61,240 bases of DNA, filler included, from Rhabdomonas costata (GCA_019059605.1; 19 parts of 19 records of this genome joined end to end with filler, not necessarily neighbours in it); one strand, 5' to 3'; positions 25,305 through 38,752 are shown, numbered from the whole stretch's first letter. A program made the numbers and translations. The notes: a model not told the origin generated them from the letters alone.

Positions 25305-26489
25305 GTTGCAACAAAAAGCCGAACATGTGTGGCAAAGGGAGCCCTTTGATTTTTCGTGGAAGCGCCTGATATCCATGTTTGTAATGTTTTTCTGTTTTCT
25401 CTCTCGCTCTTGGAATATATTGTCCGCTTGACTTCACAAATGAGAAGTGTCTCTGTCAAAGGAGAGCATTTCACAGCGAAAAAAAGGGTCGAAAAACAAA
25501 AAGGAATTGAGATGATTTTGCCCTGTTCTCTTCGTGGCAATAACGTTTCCCTTGTATTGACATTGGATTTATAAAATTCTCACTTTTAGCGTGAAGCGAG
25601 CTATATCTCCACGCACCCACCCAACGCACAAGAGCAGAGGAGTTCAGAATACACATAAAAGTCATAGCATCAACATGACAGCTTCTGATCGGCCTGATCA
25701 ACCAGCGCGCATTGCGCTTGACACACACAAGTATACCCCAACCCNNNNNNNNNNNNNNNNNNNNNNNNNNNNNNNNNNNNNNNNNNNNTTAATTAATTAA
25801 NNNNNNNNNNNNNNNNNNNNNNNNNNNNNNNNNNNNNNNNNNNNGGGGGTGGGTGCACATTGTATACGAGCACCAATATTACATATATGCGTCGTTATTC
25901 AGACAACGGCCCCCCTTCAAAAAATATACATGTGACCGCACCATTAGAAGTCTAATTCCACCCCAACTTCCCCTCAACTTTGCATGTCCCTTTGAGGCCC
26001 TTTTTACAGTGCTTTCGGTATTCAGTTCAAAGGTATATGGACGTGCACAAGAATCAAGGTTTAAGTTTTCGCTTAGGCGAGAAGTCGCGCAAACAAAGCT
26101 CAACTTCATTGTTTTTGTTCTGAGTTGGGTCCCTGGTCGAAGTTTAAAGGTTATGTGCTTTCATATGAGGTGAAGGCACATCCGCTTTCATGCGTGATTT
26201 GCATTGAGGCAGGTGTGCGCATATCCTTGTCTTGCGATGCGGGTGTTCAAACGGTTTCATTTTGGCAATTTCGGGAAACCATTCAGTGGTGGGCTCCACC
26301 GCAAAGCGTAAACACCGCTGCCGTTTACTCCCTCCTCCCGCTTTCCCTCTGCGATCAGTTCCTGCTTTGTGTTCGTTTGAGAGCCGTTCGCTTTCCCTGT
26401 GCAATCCCTCAGCACACCGCTCTAGAGAAGACAGCCGAGAGCCCAGAGAGAAGCCCAGGGTGCAGGGTGAGTAAGGGCAGCGCATTCCA

Positions 26490-28929
26490 ATGTCGACGCC
26501 CTCTCCGACAAGCACCAGTGGGGCCTCCGTGGGGGGGCTGGCAAAGGCCCCGAAGAAGCGGTACTTCACCCCAAAGGAGGTGGCGATGCACAACACCGAG
26601 GAGGATTGCTGGGTCTCTGCGCTGGGGGGGGTGCTCGATCTCAGCGCCCTGGTCGCCGCGCACCGCGGGGCCCTCACCGCGCCCATCACCCGCGCCGCCG
26701 GCACGGACATCTCGCACTGGTTCGACCGCACCACGGGCGATGTATGGGCCTCCCTCCTTCCGTCCATCCCTCCCGTTCTGAGATCTGCTGCGCTTTGCTG
26801 TGCCGTGCTGCGTTGCTGCGCGCTTGCCGACCCCCCCCCCATTCCAGAAGCTAAACAGCAAACACTGCCCTACTCCAGGAAAAAAAACTACAAGCGGAAA
26901 AAAGTGCAATTGTTTTTAACTTGAAGCAGTGCGAACCTTGAGCGGGGCATGTGCAGTCTCTCTCTCTCTAACGACCGGAGGGAGTGAGAACGATTGTCGA
27001 CTGGAGGAATATGAACGACCGGAACGCAGTGAAGGGAGTGAATGTGACGACCAAGAGAAGGAGCAAGAAGCAGTGCGAGCCTTGAGCGGGGCATGTGCAG
27101 TCTCTCTCTCTTACTCGTTTTCGCTTTGTTCACCCCATCCTTCTGGTTCCCTTTTGTTCTCCTCTCCCGGATAATGCTCTTGAGAGCGTTCTTGTTGAGC
27201 TTTATGCTCCAACCACCAAAAGATGCATCGCCATCATGCATGCACACTACGCCTTTGGGTTTTTCTCTTCCATCGTGCGTAGTTAACTATGCAGTAAGTG
27301 TCTTATGTTTCGTATATCTTGCTTTGAGTTCTCGAGCGTTCTCTGTGGTCTGGGGCAGAGCAGGATCGACAGTGTGACAGTCACAGGTTGGCGCCACGAG
27401 CCGCAACCATCAGCGGTGACCAAAATCCATGTCGGTGTCGCTGTCATTCCGGCCCGCACGTGATCACAGATCAAGCGGTGTGTGGACCCCCTGACGGGGC
27501 TGGAGACGTACTACACCCCGATGGGCCGGTTTGTGCACGTCCCGCCCAGCGTGGTGAGCACCGTGGTAGAGACCACGTTTGACGTGCCGTGGTGGAAGGA
27601 CGAGCAGTACGTCATCGGGTACCTCACCCGGAAGACCCGCCAAGTCCGCGTCGTGAACACCCTGAACCACCACGAGGCCACTTTGGAGGCATTCCCCCTT
27701 CTTCCTCCTCCCCCCCTCCCGCTCCCTCTTTCTTGCTTCGTTGGTTGGCCCTCGAAAAGCACAGTGGGCGCTGGTGGCGCTGATGAGACACCAAATACTT
27801 GGGCGATGCAACGGAGGCAGGGAATAACAGGCTGTCATCCCCATCGTCTCTCTGGTTTCATCAGTCCACTCGCACACTGCCACTCTCTGTGACGAATGGA
27901 GAAGTATCGGGATTAAATGTGTGTAAACCTTGAGTCCGAATCCCGTACCGAGGAAATTCAGAAGACCCAGGTAATGTTAGAATCTTATCATCACTATAAT
28001 AATAGGGTCAGAGTTGCTAGAAGTGCTAGAATACATGAATTTAGGCACATACTGTCCGTGTCCACATGAGCTACTAACAAGTTCCCCCCCCCCAACATCC
28101 CTCCCTCGCCTGTTGCACGGACCGTCACCCTACCTCGCGCAGGTGTGCTCGGAGGAGACGCTGAGTGAGATTCAGGACCGCTACCGCGAGTTCAACGCCC
28201 ACGCCGCGAGCTACACCTGGAAGCGCCTGTGTCAGCCCCTGGACATGAGTATGCCCGGAGGAGGGGGGGGGCGTGCATCCGGAATGGGAGGCAGACTTCC
28301 GCCCACATCATGGCTTGTCCTGAAAGCACGCCGTTGACTGGCGGAATGGTGCAAGCGCTGACCCGCCATCTTTTGGGGACAGCAGGCTACGCGATGAACT
28401 GATAGTTTCAACCGCAGCACGTTGCAGGATCCCGCAAGGACCAGCGGCATAAATTTAGACTGAAAAGACTTTTGTTCAAAATCTCACGAAGAAAATTCTC
28501 AATGTCGGGACGTTTCCAAGGCTTATCTGTACCCCTCGACAAATAAAAGGTTGCATTTGTACGAGATGGCTGAGGGACCGCTGTGCTTCGAGGAAGCTTA
28601 ACCTGGTTGCTTCGATTACAATCGCTTTCACAGCCATTGTAATCCTGTGGGCCTGTTTCCACTGCACAAAGGATGGACCCCAAAAGGACCACCAAAGCAG
28701 CCGTGAGGTGAGGGAATCGGTCCCAAACCCCAGCCCGAGGATAACCTCCGAACGAACGGGTGGTTCCTTTTTTGTAGGGGGGGGGGGGTTCGTACCCCTC
28801 ACAGAGAAGACCCTGGAGGAGAACGGGATCCCCGACGAGACGGAGGAGTTTGACCGCCTGGGGATGCCCGGGGACTACTACATCCCCGCCATCCACCTCT
28901 ACTTTAACGACGACCTCACGGTGGGGTAA
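26490..28929 (+). CDS. CYB5D1: Cytochrome b5 domain-containing protein 1 (flagellar radial-spoke associated), complete
   Basis: Exons 26490-26741 ([20 protein letters not shown]...[10 protein letters not shown]), 27470-27688 ([13 protein letters not shown]...PWWKD...IGYLT), 28143-28248 ([14 protein letters not shown]...[10 protein letters not shown]) and 28805-28929 ([11 protein letters not shown]...[14 protein letters not shown]). Confidence 0.93.
26923..27111 (+). repeat. About 45-bp direct repeats flanking a purine-rich core, inside CYB5D1 intron 1
   Basis: GAAGCAGTGCGA(A/G)CCTTGAGCGGGGCATGTGCAGTCTCTCTCTCT occurs at 26923 and 27067. Confidence 0.85.
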
Positions 28930-30761
28930 CGCGAAAGCGAGTACTCCAACACCCACTGACCACCACAAACANNNNNNNNNNNNNNNNNNNNNNNNNNNNN
29001 NNNNNNNNNNNNNNNTTAATTAATTAANNNNNNNNNNNNNNNNNNNNNNNNNNNNNNNNNNNNNNNNNNNNTCGCAGTTGCCCCTGCACGAAATGCCATG
29101 CGTCGTGAAGCTCCCCATCCCGTTCAGCGACTTGCCCAGCAGCAATACCCCCTCCCAAGCCAACTTCCCTTGGCAGCACCCGTGCATCCATCATCGCAGC
29201 AGTTTGGGCCACAGGTGGCCCACCCTGTCACCCATACCGCAAGCTCTTATCCTGCGCAGTCTTCGGTGCCGTTGGTGATTTCTACGGGGACCGTGATGGT
29301 GCCATCCCCACACGTGCCCTCTCAAGTTTCCAACGCCCGTTTTAGACAGCCGCGGAGTGGCGGGAACAGGCTGCGGGCTGAGGCTCCGGCCTTTCGGCCA
29401 GGTGCCTCTGGTGGCTACGTAGGTGGGCTTTGGATTCCAAAGCCGCAGTGACCATAGGGCTTGCTCGATTACTGCGTTGCGTGTGTTTGTGGCTATTTGT
29501 GCCTTTTGTGACATCGGAAGACGAAGGAGATGATTGTCGGTTTATTCGATTACACTGAGAGTCGCTGTTTAAAACAGTGTTTCAAAGACAGCTGGGCAAA
29601 AGTGACCATGGTATATGACTGGATCTTCAAAAGAGCACCACCGCTACATTTTGAACCCTCAGTAGACGCATCGATTGGTGATCGCATGGGCACATGTCAG
29701 GGCACCAGCGAGCCTGAACATATCAACTGGGGGGATCTGAAAGAGAAAGAGGTTGACGTATATCTGCCTCATGTCATGTCATGACTTGCCATCATCTAAT
29801 TAGTTTCACATCACCGGGAAGCAGAAACGCATGTTGCTACTTTACTTCATGTGCTTTGCTTCAGGTAGAGTCGCATCTACCGCAAAACAAATTATGTTTA
29901 CAAAGAGGGAGGAAAGAACATGCCGCAGGCGGAAGATGGAAGCAATTGATGTGGTGTTGACCGGAGCATACCCTTTTTTCCGTTCAGCCATATTTCGATT
30001 TCTCAGTCGATTCCTTAACTTAAATTTATTTTACATGAGCCAGTTTAGAAGAATACATTGTTCGCTGGCAGTTCCCACCAAGCTTACCCAATCGTAGGCA
30101 ACGCCTGGCCCTATTTTGAAGTCGCACCATTTTGATGACAGGTGCAGTGTTTTGTTTTCGATTGCTTTTCAGCGCGGTGGAGGATGCAGGGAACATCTAG
30201 TTCTGGGGAGCTGGAGGGCCTGTTGAGGTTCTTGCCCTGTATTAAGTGTATCTGGGATGTGTGACCACGGGAGTTGTGCTTTCTTGACAGGCTTTTTTGT
30301 TTCTCAGGTTGTTGATGGGAAAACTCAGAGAAAACAAGGAAGTTACGGGTACGAACTACTGGGAAGGGCTCCCGGAAAAGCCCACGAGGTAAACCCTCTG
30401 CACTTGTCGTGCTTCTCGAAGAAAATTCGCCGAAGAGAATTGTATATGGGCTCCTTTTCATACTGCTTTGGGATCAGCTTGACCTGCACGTTTGCTCCGC
30501 AAGCCGCCGACGAGGATTCTCCTGAGCTTCGTGCACTCGATGCTTTGGGAGATGCACTGGTACGAAATTTTCTCAGCTTATGGCTGATTTGTTGGCAGTT
30601 AAATTAGGGCATGGAGGAAATGCAGAATGTGCTTTGAATGTGAATGTGCTTTGAATGAATGGCATAACTTTCCTTTTGTACTCCCCCCGTGCATGGCTCC
30701 CTAACCCGTGTAAATTGCGGGGGGGGGGGCAGATATACCGCTGGGGAGCGTGTATGGGGAG

Positions 30762-31049
30762 CTAACCCTGTGCAAATCTTCTATTAGGACTCCTGGGAAG
30801 CGTGCATCGCCCTCTAACCCTGGCAAAAAGAAGAATGGAATCACTGAAAGAAACCACCACCCCAGAGGCTCTCGTTCGACAACCCTTATCAGAGCACATA
30901 AATCCGGCCTTGCCCCGATGTACCGCAGCCCTCATACGGGATCCACAACGAGGGCAAGCAACAGGACGCCTCATCCCATACTGCTCCATCCATTTCTTGC
31001 GTTCGACATCGTCGTCAACAATAGAAAGCAAATCATAAAGCGTCAGCAT
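30762..31049 (-). mobile_element. Merlin/IS1595-family transposase N-terminal zinc ribbon, truncated
   Basis: KWMEQYGM...CPRCGSRM...FMCSDKGCRTRAS fits the CxxC...CxxxxC ribbon that precedes ISXO2/Merlin DDE domains. No DDE domain is visible. Confidence 0.5.
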
Positions 31050-31922
31050 CCTCTAAATCTCTGGGGGAGTGCAAAAGCTAAGCTGTGCCGAATGAATGTT
31101 TTTCTTGCTTTTGCATTTTCGAGCGTTCTGGAAAACTAGTACCAGTGCTTAAAGCTGCACGACACTTTTTTGAAAGATAACTTTTCAAATGGTTTCTGCG
31201 CCTCACTGCACGCGCTGTTTTCCAGGAGGCGTCACTTGCGAAACAGCAGCCTGAGGACACTGCGGCCCCGCAGCAGGCCACGGCACAATCGGCGGTTGTT
31301 CAGCCACTGCCCAGCGCACCTTGATAGATCGGATGATTTTTGTGTTTGTCCACCTTGTCCATCATGCTTTGTTCAGACCTCGGCAACTCATTGCCATGAG
31401 CTGTTTGTACAGTGTTTGTTTGCTCATTGATTTGACGTGCTTTGAGGAAATTTGTTGCACACCTCAACCGACGGTGCGTCTCCTTTCAGGAATTACCGCA
31501 ATTGTAGTTTTTGGAGAAACCCCCGAACGCCTTCCGTGGTTCCGCGGATTAAGTTGGTCATGGTTGGTCAAGGGTTTGAATTCTGCGAGTATGACGACAG
31601 AGGAAATATATACTCGTGCTGGGCTGTTCTCTACTTGCATCGGTCAGAAGCTGACGCTCTTGCTTCAGCTTCTTTCCTTATTTTCTCCCCATTCAACTGC
31701 TTCCATATATCTCCCGTTACTTCCTCCATTGGTTTTTTCTGACTGCACCACTGCTTCATCATCACTTGCGCTTTTCTGGGGTCTCACCAAATAAGAAAGC
31801 GTTTTTTTCACGCGTTCAGACTGACGTGAAGTTCATGCGTCAGGCACGTTTTGCGCAGCATTGGAAATCTTTTTTCACTTCAACTTCGCTTTCGCATTAA
31901 ACTTTCGCTTAATCGATCGAAA

Positions 31923-32160
31923 ATGCCGCCCAAGGCGACTCCGCCTAAGCGCAAGGCTCCCAAGGCAGGCTCCCGGTTCATTGCTCGACACGTCACTGCC
32001 CTGAGCTGCGCTGCCATTGCTGTCGCACTGGCTGCTTGGGTGGTCATTGAGCTCTTTCCTGTGGACACTTGAGTTGTATTCCGCCGTGTGGAACATGTAC
32101 TGCGGGGAGGGTGGGTCTGAGGAATCCCAAGCCATTGCCACAGCGGTCTTCAGTACGCAC
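31923..32160 (+). CDS. N-terminus of a type II membrane protein; its continuation is present but inverted
   Basis: MPPKATPPKRK... is followed by a hydrophobic helix ending VVIELFPVDT. The minus strand from 32196 re-reads VVIELFPVDT and continues WCVLKTAVAMAWDSS. Confidence 0.55.
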
Positions 32161-32493
32161 CAAGTGTCCACAGGAAAGAGCTCAATGACCACCCAACCNN
32201 NNNNNNNNNNNNNNNNNNNNNNNNNNNNNNNNNNNNNNNNNNTTAATTAATTAANNNNNNNNNNNNNNNNNNNNNNNNNNNNNNNNNNNNNNNNNNNNGG
32301 TGTGGGGGCGCAAGTCCCCCTCCCCCTCCTTTTGCAGTTTCTTGAGCATCCCGAGGAAGTGGTGTTGCCGAATGATACGCCTATTATTTTTAGCTTCCTG
32401 CGCCGCCCCAAACAAAACGATCCGAGCGTCTTTTCTTTTAGGGAAAGCCCATTTTGGTCTCCCCCCCCCTCCTCCCATTCCCTTTTCCCACAG

Positions 32494-33610
32494 CGCATGC
32501 CCTGGTTCCCTGGGAGGCGCGGCCCAGCACAGGGGAGGTGCTTGCCGAGCTCCGCGCCGGGGGGCTGCCCGTGGTCGGGCTGGAGACCGTGCTCCAGCAG
32601 CAGTGCCTGGGGACTTTCTCCTTCCCTCCCCGCTCCGTGGGCTGCGCCTTGCTGCTAGGCATGCTTGTTTATATTCCTGGCTGCGTGTGCGGACTGTGGG
32701 GCAGACTCTCTGTCTGGCAGTGAAGGTTCCAGCAGCAGCGAAAAGACTCTCATGGTCCAAGGTTCAAGGTGACCACCAAGGGAGGGTGGGGCAAGAACCA
32801 GGAGATAAACTCTCGCTGTGCTGGGAAAAGCAGCGGCACAAGATAAAAAGAGGAAGAGCCCCCAAGATACCAAGATACGGGTGGTTACCTACGGATTGAG
32901 GACGAAAGGCGTTTCGGGAGGCCCACTACATAGAAAACACCTCGGGTCTTCTTCGGCAGACTCTCCCCACAGCCTGCTAATTGAGGTTTCCTTCTCGATG
33001 TTAAGAATAAACAACCAGTAAAATAAACCCGTGAAAGTGCTACCCTCCGCGCGCGAATTACGCAAAAGAAATTAAACTGCTGTCGCTTTGGAAAGGTCCT
33101 CGCGGCCCGCTGTGTGCAAGGAGCAGCAAAGCAAACTTGGGGTAGCTGCTAGTGCTGACTTGACCCTGTGAGATGGATGCGCCGAATGAAAAACCTGCTA
33201 TGGTTTGGCCTGGATGCCGATATGGGTGTCCTTGTGAATCCCGGGCTGCACCGGAGAACATTCCGGAAGCAACGCCCGTTGTACCCTCCGATTTTGCAGG
33301 CAACGAGAGGTTTGGGCTGGGCCCGGAGCTGCTGGCGCTGTGTGACCATGTCGTACGGATCCCCGTGCTGGGGCGCAAGAACAGCCTGAACGTCGCCGTG
33401 GCTCTGGGCATCGCCGCGTTTGAGGTGCTGCGGCAGTGGGGAATCCCTGAGGCCTACACAGCCCAGCAGCGGCAGCAGCAGCAGCAGCCACAATCCCCAC
33501 CCCCTTCCCAGCCGACCGGGTCCTCGGCCACCTCCAGTTGCTCCTCTGGCGTGGCGTTAGCGATGCCGCCACTCAGAGCTGCACAGAGCTCCAACCCCGA
33601 CGAGTCATGA
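32494..33610 (+). CDS. SpoU/TrmH-family (SPOUT) RNA 2'-O-methyltransferase, C-terminal exons
   Basis: Exon 32494-32658 (...VVGLET...CALLLG) is spliced via GC-AG to 33300-33610 (GNERFGL...CDHVVRIPVLGRKNSLNVAVALGIAAFE). These are the canonical SpoU motifs 2 and 3. Confidence 0.9.
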
Positions 33611-34263
33611 GGACAGGACTGCTTCTTCGGGACTTGTTGCGCTGGAGGGAACATTTCCAGCTGGCATTTATATGCTACCCGTTGAGCCAACGGCTGTCAC
33701 TCACCCGCTGATCTGGAAGACGTTGGCGCTGGGCAAGAGCACCATGTGCGACGGGGGTTGTCTTGTCGCCAGCGGTTCATCGGTCCTTTGCACGGTCGAT
33801 ATGAATCCTGCTGACTTTGAAAGGTTTTCCCGGTCACAAACCGAGGACAGTTACCGGTGTGCATTTTGCGCATGCTGGCATGCTGGCAAGGGGCGATCCG
33901 CGAACATGGTACTGGGTGGTGTCCTTCATGCTCCCGAGTGTCTTCAACGTACAGCGGGAAGGAAAGATAGAGGGGGGAGAAAAAGGCACACACCTCAAAC
34001 CTCGCATCTCCTTCTCACACGATTTGATTGCGGTGTCGATTCAATGATGACATGGCACTCACTCCTCCCGCAAATCAGGATTGCAATTCGGTAGGCATCT
34101 CCTCCATCTCTTTTGCCCTCTCTGTTTTTTCTTTCACCACTTCCTTTCTTTGCTCTTAGTGATTTACTGTGTTAGCAGTCTTTTTGGGGGTGCCGGACTC
34201 TCAATCGCACACTCACGCGAAGCAGCTTTTGGGCTTAGTGAGCAACAACCAAGAGCGAATATC

Positions 34264-35142
34264 ATGGCGGCTGCAAAGAAGAAGCCTCAGTACATGACCT
34301 TCGTGGAGTCCTGCTGCGGTGGGGTCACGGGATGGCTTCTGGTGCATCCCCTGGACGTGCTCAAGGTATCCCTGTTGTGTGGCACGGGTAACCGGAAGTT
34401 GTGGGACTGTTGTGTCCTTCGGACCGCAAGGGGCAACAGACCAGAAAAGCACGCCCACGAGGCACAGAAGAAGTCCACCGCAGGGAAGATGGTGAGTACC
34501 GTACCAAACGAACAGCGAAAACAAACAATGTGCTGTGAGGGGTCGAATGCTACGGAGGCGTGGAATGTGGAATGCAATGGATCTTAGTAGTGAAATTAAG
34601 CCATGTGATTCCCGGGGGGAGCTTTTGGGGCTTGGTCGTCGCGGAAATAAAGGAGTTGTCGGTCGATTGGCATAGTATGCATCCAAGCGCTCATTGGCTC
34701 GTGATTATTCAGCAATCTTTCTGCGTTACCGCCCAACTGTCCCCGTTTTCTTTCATTGTCTCTTTCCCTACTTTTCTACAACAAAACTCGCAAAGTCATT
34801 CCGTGTGTTGGTCTTTGTCTCCCAGGTGGGCGCAGTCAGTATCTTCGATAAGATACCCGCATGGAAGGCCACTCCCTCTCGATTGCCTTTTGCGCAACGT
34901 CCATAAACCTCCTCCGATACCTTTTTCGTTGCTCCTGTGCGCGACGATGCAAGCGCTGTGCACCTCGACATGTGACAGCTTGTGTGCACCTCCTCGGGCT
35001 TTCGCTCGGTCCTCAGGTTCGCCTGCAGCTGGCGGGTGAGTCAGGGCAGAAGATTGGCACTCTGGCCATGGCGCAGAGCGTGGTGCAGAAGGAGGGCTTC
35101 CCCGCGCTGTACTCCGGGCTCTCTGCGGCGGTGATGCGACAG
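34264..35142 (+). CDS. Mitochondrial carrier (SLC25), oxoglutarate/malate or dicarboxylate carrier-like, first two exons
   Basis: Exons 34264-34365 (VHPLDVLK) and 35017-35142 (VRLQLAGE...EGFPALYSGLSAAVMRQ) give the PxDxxKxRxQ signature. Confidence 0.9.
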
Positions 35143-38100
35143 GTCACCACCCACTCTCACGCCCCCCCCCCACTCTCTGTCGCCCGTGTTCCGACACCGC
35201 GAGGGGGTTTTCTGTCTTGAGCATGATGAACATGGATTGCTCCGACGGGTGGGGACAGGTCTTTTCCAGAGGCCAACTCCAGCCCGGCTGAGGCGAAGAC
35301 TCCGACAAGGGGTTTTTAGTAGCCTTGACCACACCGTTGAGATACGGTTCCGTAGCTGATCGTGGCATCGTTGAACCGTTCAATGCCCAACCCAGTGCCG
35401 CTGGGTTGGACTAGCGAGCTCCGCNNNNNNNNNNNNNNNNNNNNNNNNNNNNNNNNNNNNNNNNNNNNTTAATTAATTAANNNNNNNNNNNNNNNNNNNN
35501 NNNNNNNNNNNNNNNNNNNNNNNNGTGGTTGTGTGGGGCGGGGCACTCGGAGCTCATCGCGCTGAACCTACTGTGCGACGTCAGCCCAGTGGTTTAGAAA
35601 AACGAAGGCTGTTTGAAAATCAGGCTGATTCATATCACGATGAGATCGGGTGCGTCCGAGAGTGGCGATGAAGCTCCGCAAAAGCCCTCGCTTCTCGGCT
35701 CAGATGGTTTTCATTTCACGAGGCATTGGTTCTTGATGGTATGCTGCTGTGGCCATCGAACTTCAGGACTGCTTTGGACCGTTCTTCAAGGGGGCACATC
35801 CATCATCGGGGTCGAGAAGCTGATGACTCGAATCAGTACTTTAGTACTTTAGCATCATGCGGAATTCTCGTTGTTTCGTTTAGACATCAGTGGATCTTTG
35901 CCAGCGTGGGCTTGAATGCTGCTTGGTTGGTTCTGGTAAATGCTCCAGGCAAATCGCTGATGGATTTCTGCACTTGCGAAAGAAGAAGAAATCCGACGAG
36001 GTTGAAATGTTGAACGTGCCTTTCTCTCAGCCCCGACAAACCCGGCTGTTGGTTGGTGATGCGACGTGCCCTCGCCGACTGGCGCAGTTGTGTTTCAGCT
36101 TGCTCTTGGGTGGTTTTCGCGGCTCAGAGGCGTGCTGTCGCATGTTGACACGGACGGGTTTTCCACCCAGCATTCCACAAACGGTGTTAAAATGTCGTGA
36201 TGTTGGTGAACGGCTGAACGGCTGGACCCTCGCTCCAACCCACCTCATCCCCAATTCCCGTCTTCCAACCGCCCCACACCTCCCCACAGTTCCACATTAA
36301 AACGAATATATAACCACGATTCAGCACGACAAGTCTGATGGGTTGGGATAGAGCTTCTCTGCAGTCAAAAACCCGCAAGAACCCGCAAATATTCCACAAT
36401 CGCACCATCCTGTGCTATCGTTGACCAAGTGGTCTATGGTAAAGTATGGGATGTTTGAAACGAAATCCTTACCTTCGTGTGTCCGTTTATGGCTGTGTTC
36501 TGTCAGTTGGTTGTCGTGCTTTGGAGCTCGGTGAGCCCCTTTCTATGTCCCGAGCCTCGGCATGGTGGGGTGTTGCCACAGCAGTGATCTTGTTTGGCGC
36601 CTACTCCGTGCTGGAAGAGCATTTTCAAAACGGTACTGATTGAAATCACCTCCTCCCTCCTTTTTGCTGGTCTTTTTGCTGGTGCAAAGGAATCCTAGAC
36701 CACAACAGTTGAACCACACCTTCCACTTCTACACAGAGCCCACACCCGAGGCGTGACTTAGTAAGGAGCTAGTAGGGAGCAAAGGCAAGCTGAGTTGTGG
36801 AGAGTGAGTGAGATGCTGGTGTCCCTTGAGATGGTTTTTACCTCGTTCTTGTCAGTATGGTCCTTCTAGTGATAACACTTTGAACACTGGACAATGTGCT
36901 GTGCTTATTATAGTGACAACCCAGGCGTCACGATAATCTTCACCGCGATTACGTTACTCGTAAATAGGTTTTGTATGACCTTTTGGTGCTTGACGGCGAT
37001 GGAGGGGGGTAGTTGGATGCAGTGCAGCGGTGAAAGGAGGGGGCCATGGGTGGAGTGATGGGTGCTGCCGTGAAACAAAGACATGTACAAAAGGGGGTTA
37101 ATCTTGTTCTTAAGGGACGTCTTATAAACCGGATGGGGGCGTTTGCACTGCAGCTGGGGCCACGCCGAAGCTGGACTGTCGCTCCATGATCTCGTGCGCC
37201 CCTCAGCTTTTTCTGCTGGCGCCTGAGGGGAAGACGTGCGCTGGAGCCAACTGCACTCGGGAGGAGTGCTGCGTGAATGGTGTGCGTTGTATGGCATTTC
37301 CGCGTTTGACATTTGCTTTTACATTTTAGATGCTGGTCGATCCATCTAATGCACATCTGAGAGTCTGCAAGTCATCATGGGAGTTTTTCTTTGCCAGACA
37401 TGACCTTTTTGGTTGCTGAAAAAGGTGAGCGAGAGATAGAGGGAGAAGTCCAAACAAAAAGAGCAGCAGCACTCATCAGCATTTCCTCATTCCTCACCCT
37501 AAGAGATAGACAGAGATGGAGAGAGATAGAAAGTCAACTACCAGCGGCTACAGCCCGTGCTGCCCACAACCTCTGCGCGCCGAAGAGGGGACAGTATCTC
37601 CCCCTAATTGAGAGTATCATCATCAAGGATCCGGCTCTACCCGACCTCTCGCACCACCACTCTCCTTAACATTCCCGAATAGCGAAGTCATATGACTGGT
37701 GAAAGGCTGACATGGTGAGATTATAGTATGTGTACACGTTTATCGCATCTAGCGTGACACAGCAACCAATTAATAGAGCCACGTATCCAGCGACCCCTGT
37801 TCTAGGACGATATTTCAAGAGCTTTTCTTTGCTGGCGTTTGTGTTGGTGGGATGCTTTTTTGCCGGCTCCCCGTTTCCATGTGCCAGAACTAATCGTACC
37901 GCTGAAATTGCACTTTTTACGTCCTGTAGTGTTTCTAGAAAGAAATCATGCTATGTGATTGAAAGAGTTGTCCTGAACGCTTGATGCACTCCTATTCTGA
38001 AGCTTGAAGGTACTGCCTTGCTCGACTTCGTGCAATTACGTAAGTCTGCAACATACGGAGTCGAGGGAGGTTTCCACACCAAGCTTACGCAGAGTCAATT

Positions 38101-38752
38101 TATCCCACTCTGTACCCTCCCCACACACAGAAAACCGAAAAGAACACAACCCTTCAATCTTCGGCCAAGAACGTCATACCTTCATCCGACTTCGGGACTT
38201 CGGAGGGTCCCACCGTTTCCAAGCAAAGGGCACAAAATGTGCAAAGGACAGTCCCGCAACACCCAGCGAGCAACGCGTTCATCATCATGTATTTATAAAC
38301 ACAGCGCCAACGTGCTTGCTGGCGACCCTCAGCATGGAGTGCGGCCCAGGAAGGGTGGTCTCCCCCCGGAGCACCTGTGCCTCCCATGAGTGCACACCCC
38401 AGGACTGCTGCGTCCATCATCGCTCTTCTGTCCTTTCCAAGATTGGGACTGACTCTGGTTCCAAGAGCAGCCTCTAGCTGGTTTACCCTGCTCCCCAGCA
38501 GCCAGAGCTGCCCGCCATACCGGGGTGAGACGCACCGAGGGGGAAGTGACCCTTTCCTCCGAGGACATGGCTGCCCACCGGGCTCGCAAGTGTTCCACCG
38601 CCAGGGCAAGCCGAGGGGCTACCCCGGCTCGGGAAAAGGTCCAACCAACAACNNNNNNNNNNNNNNNNNNNNNNNNNNNNNNNNNNNNNNNNNNNNTTAA
38701 TTAATTAANNNNNNNNNNNNNNNNNNNNNNNNNNNNNNNNNNNNNNNNNNNN

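Noticed and set aside
35524-35590. GHSELIAL as a deaminase or DYW HxE motif
   Set aside because: It is only about 20 codons at a contig edge, with no CxxC in view.
38329-38598. Possible DIRS-like gag zinc finger remnant (CTHGRHRC...GDHP)
   Set aside because: It needs a frameshift, and no RT or recombinase is nearby.
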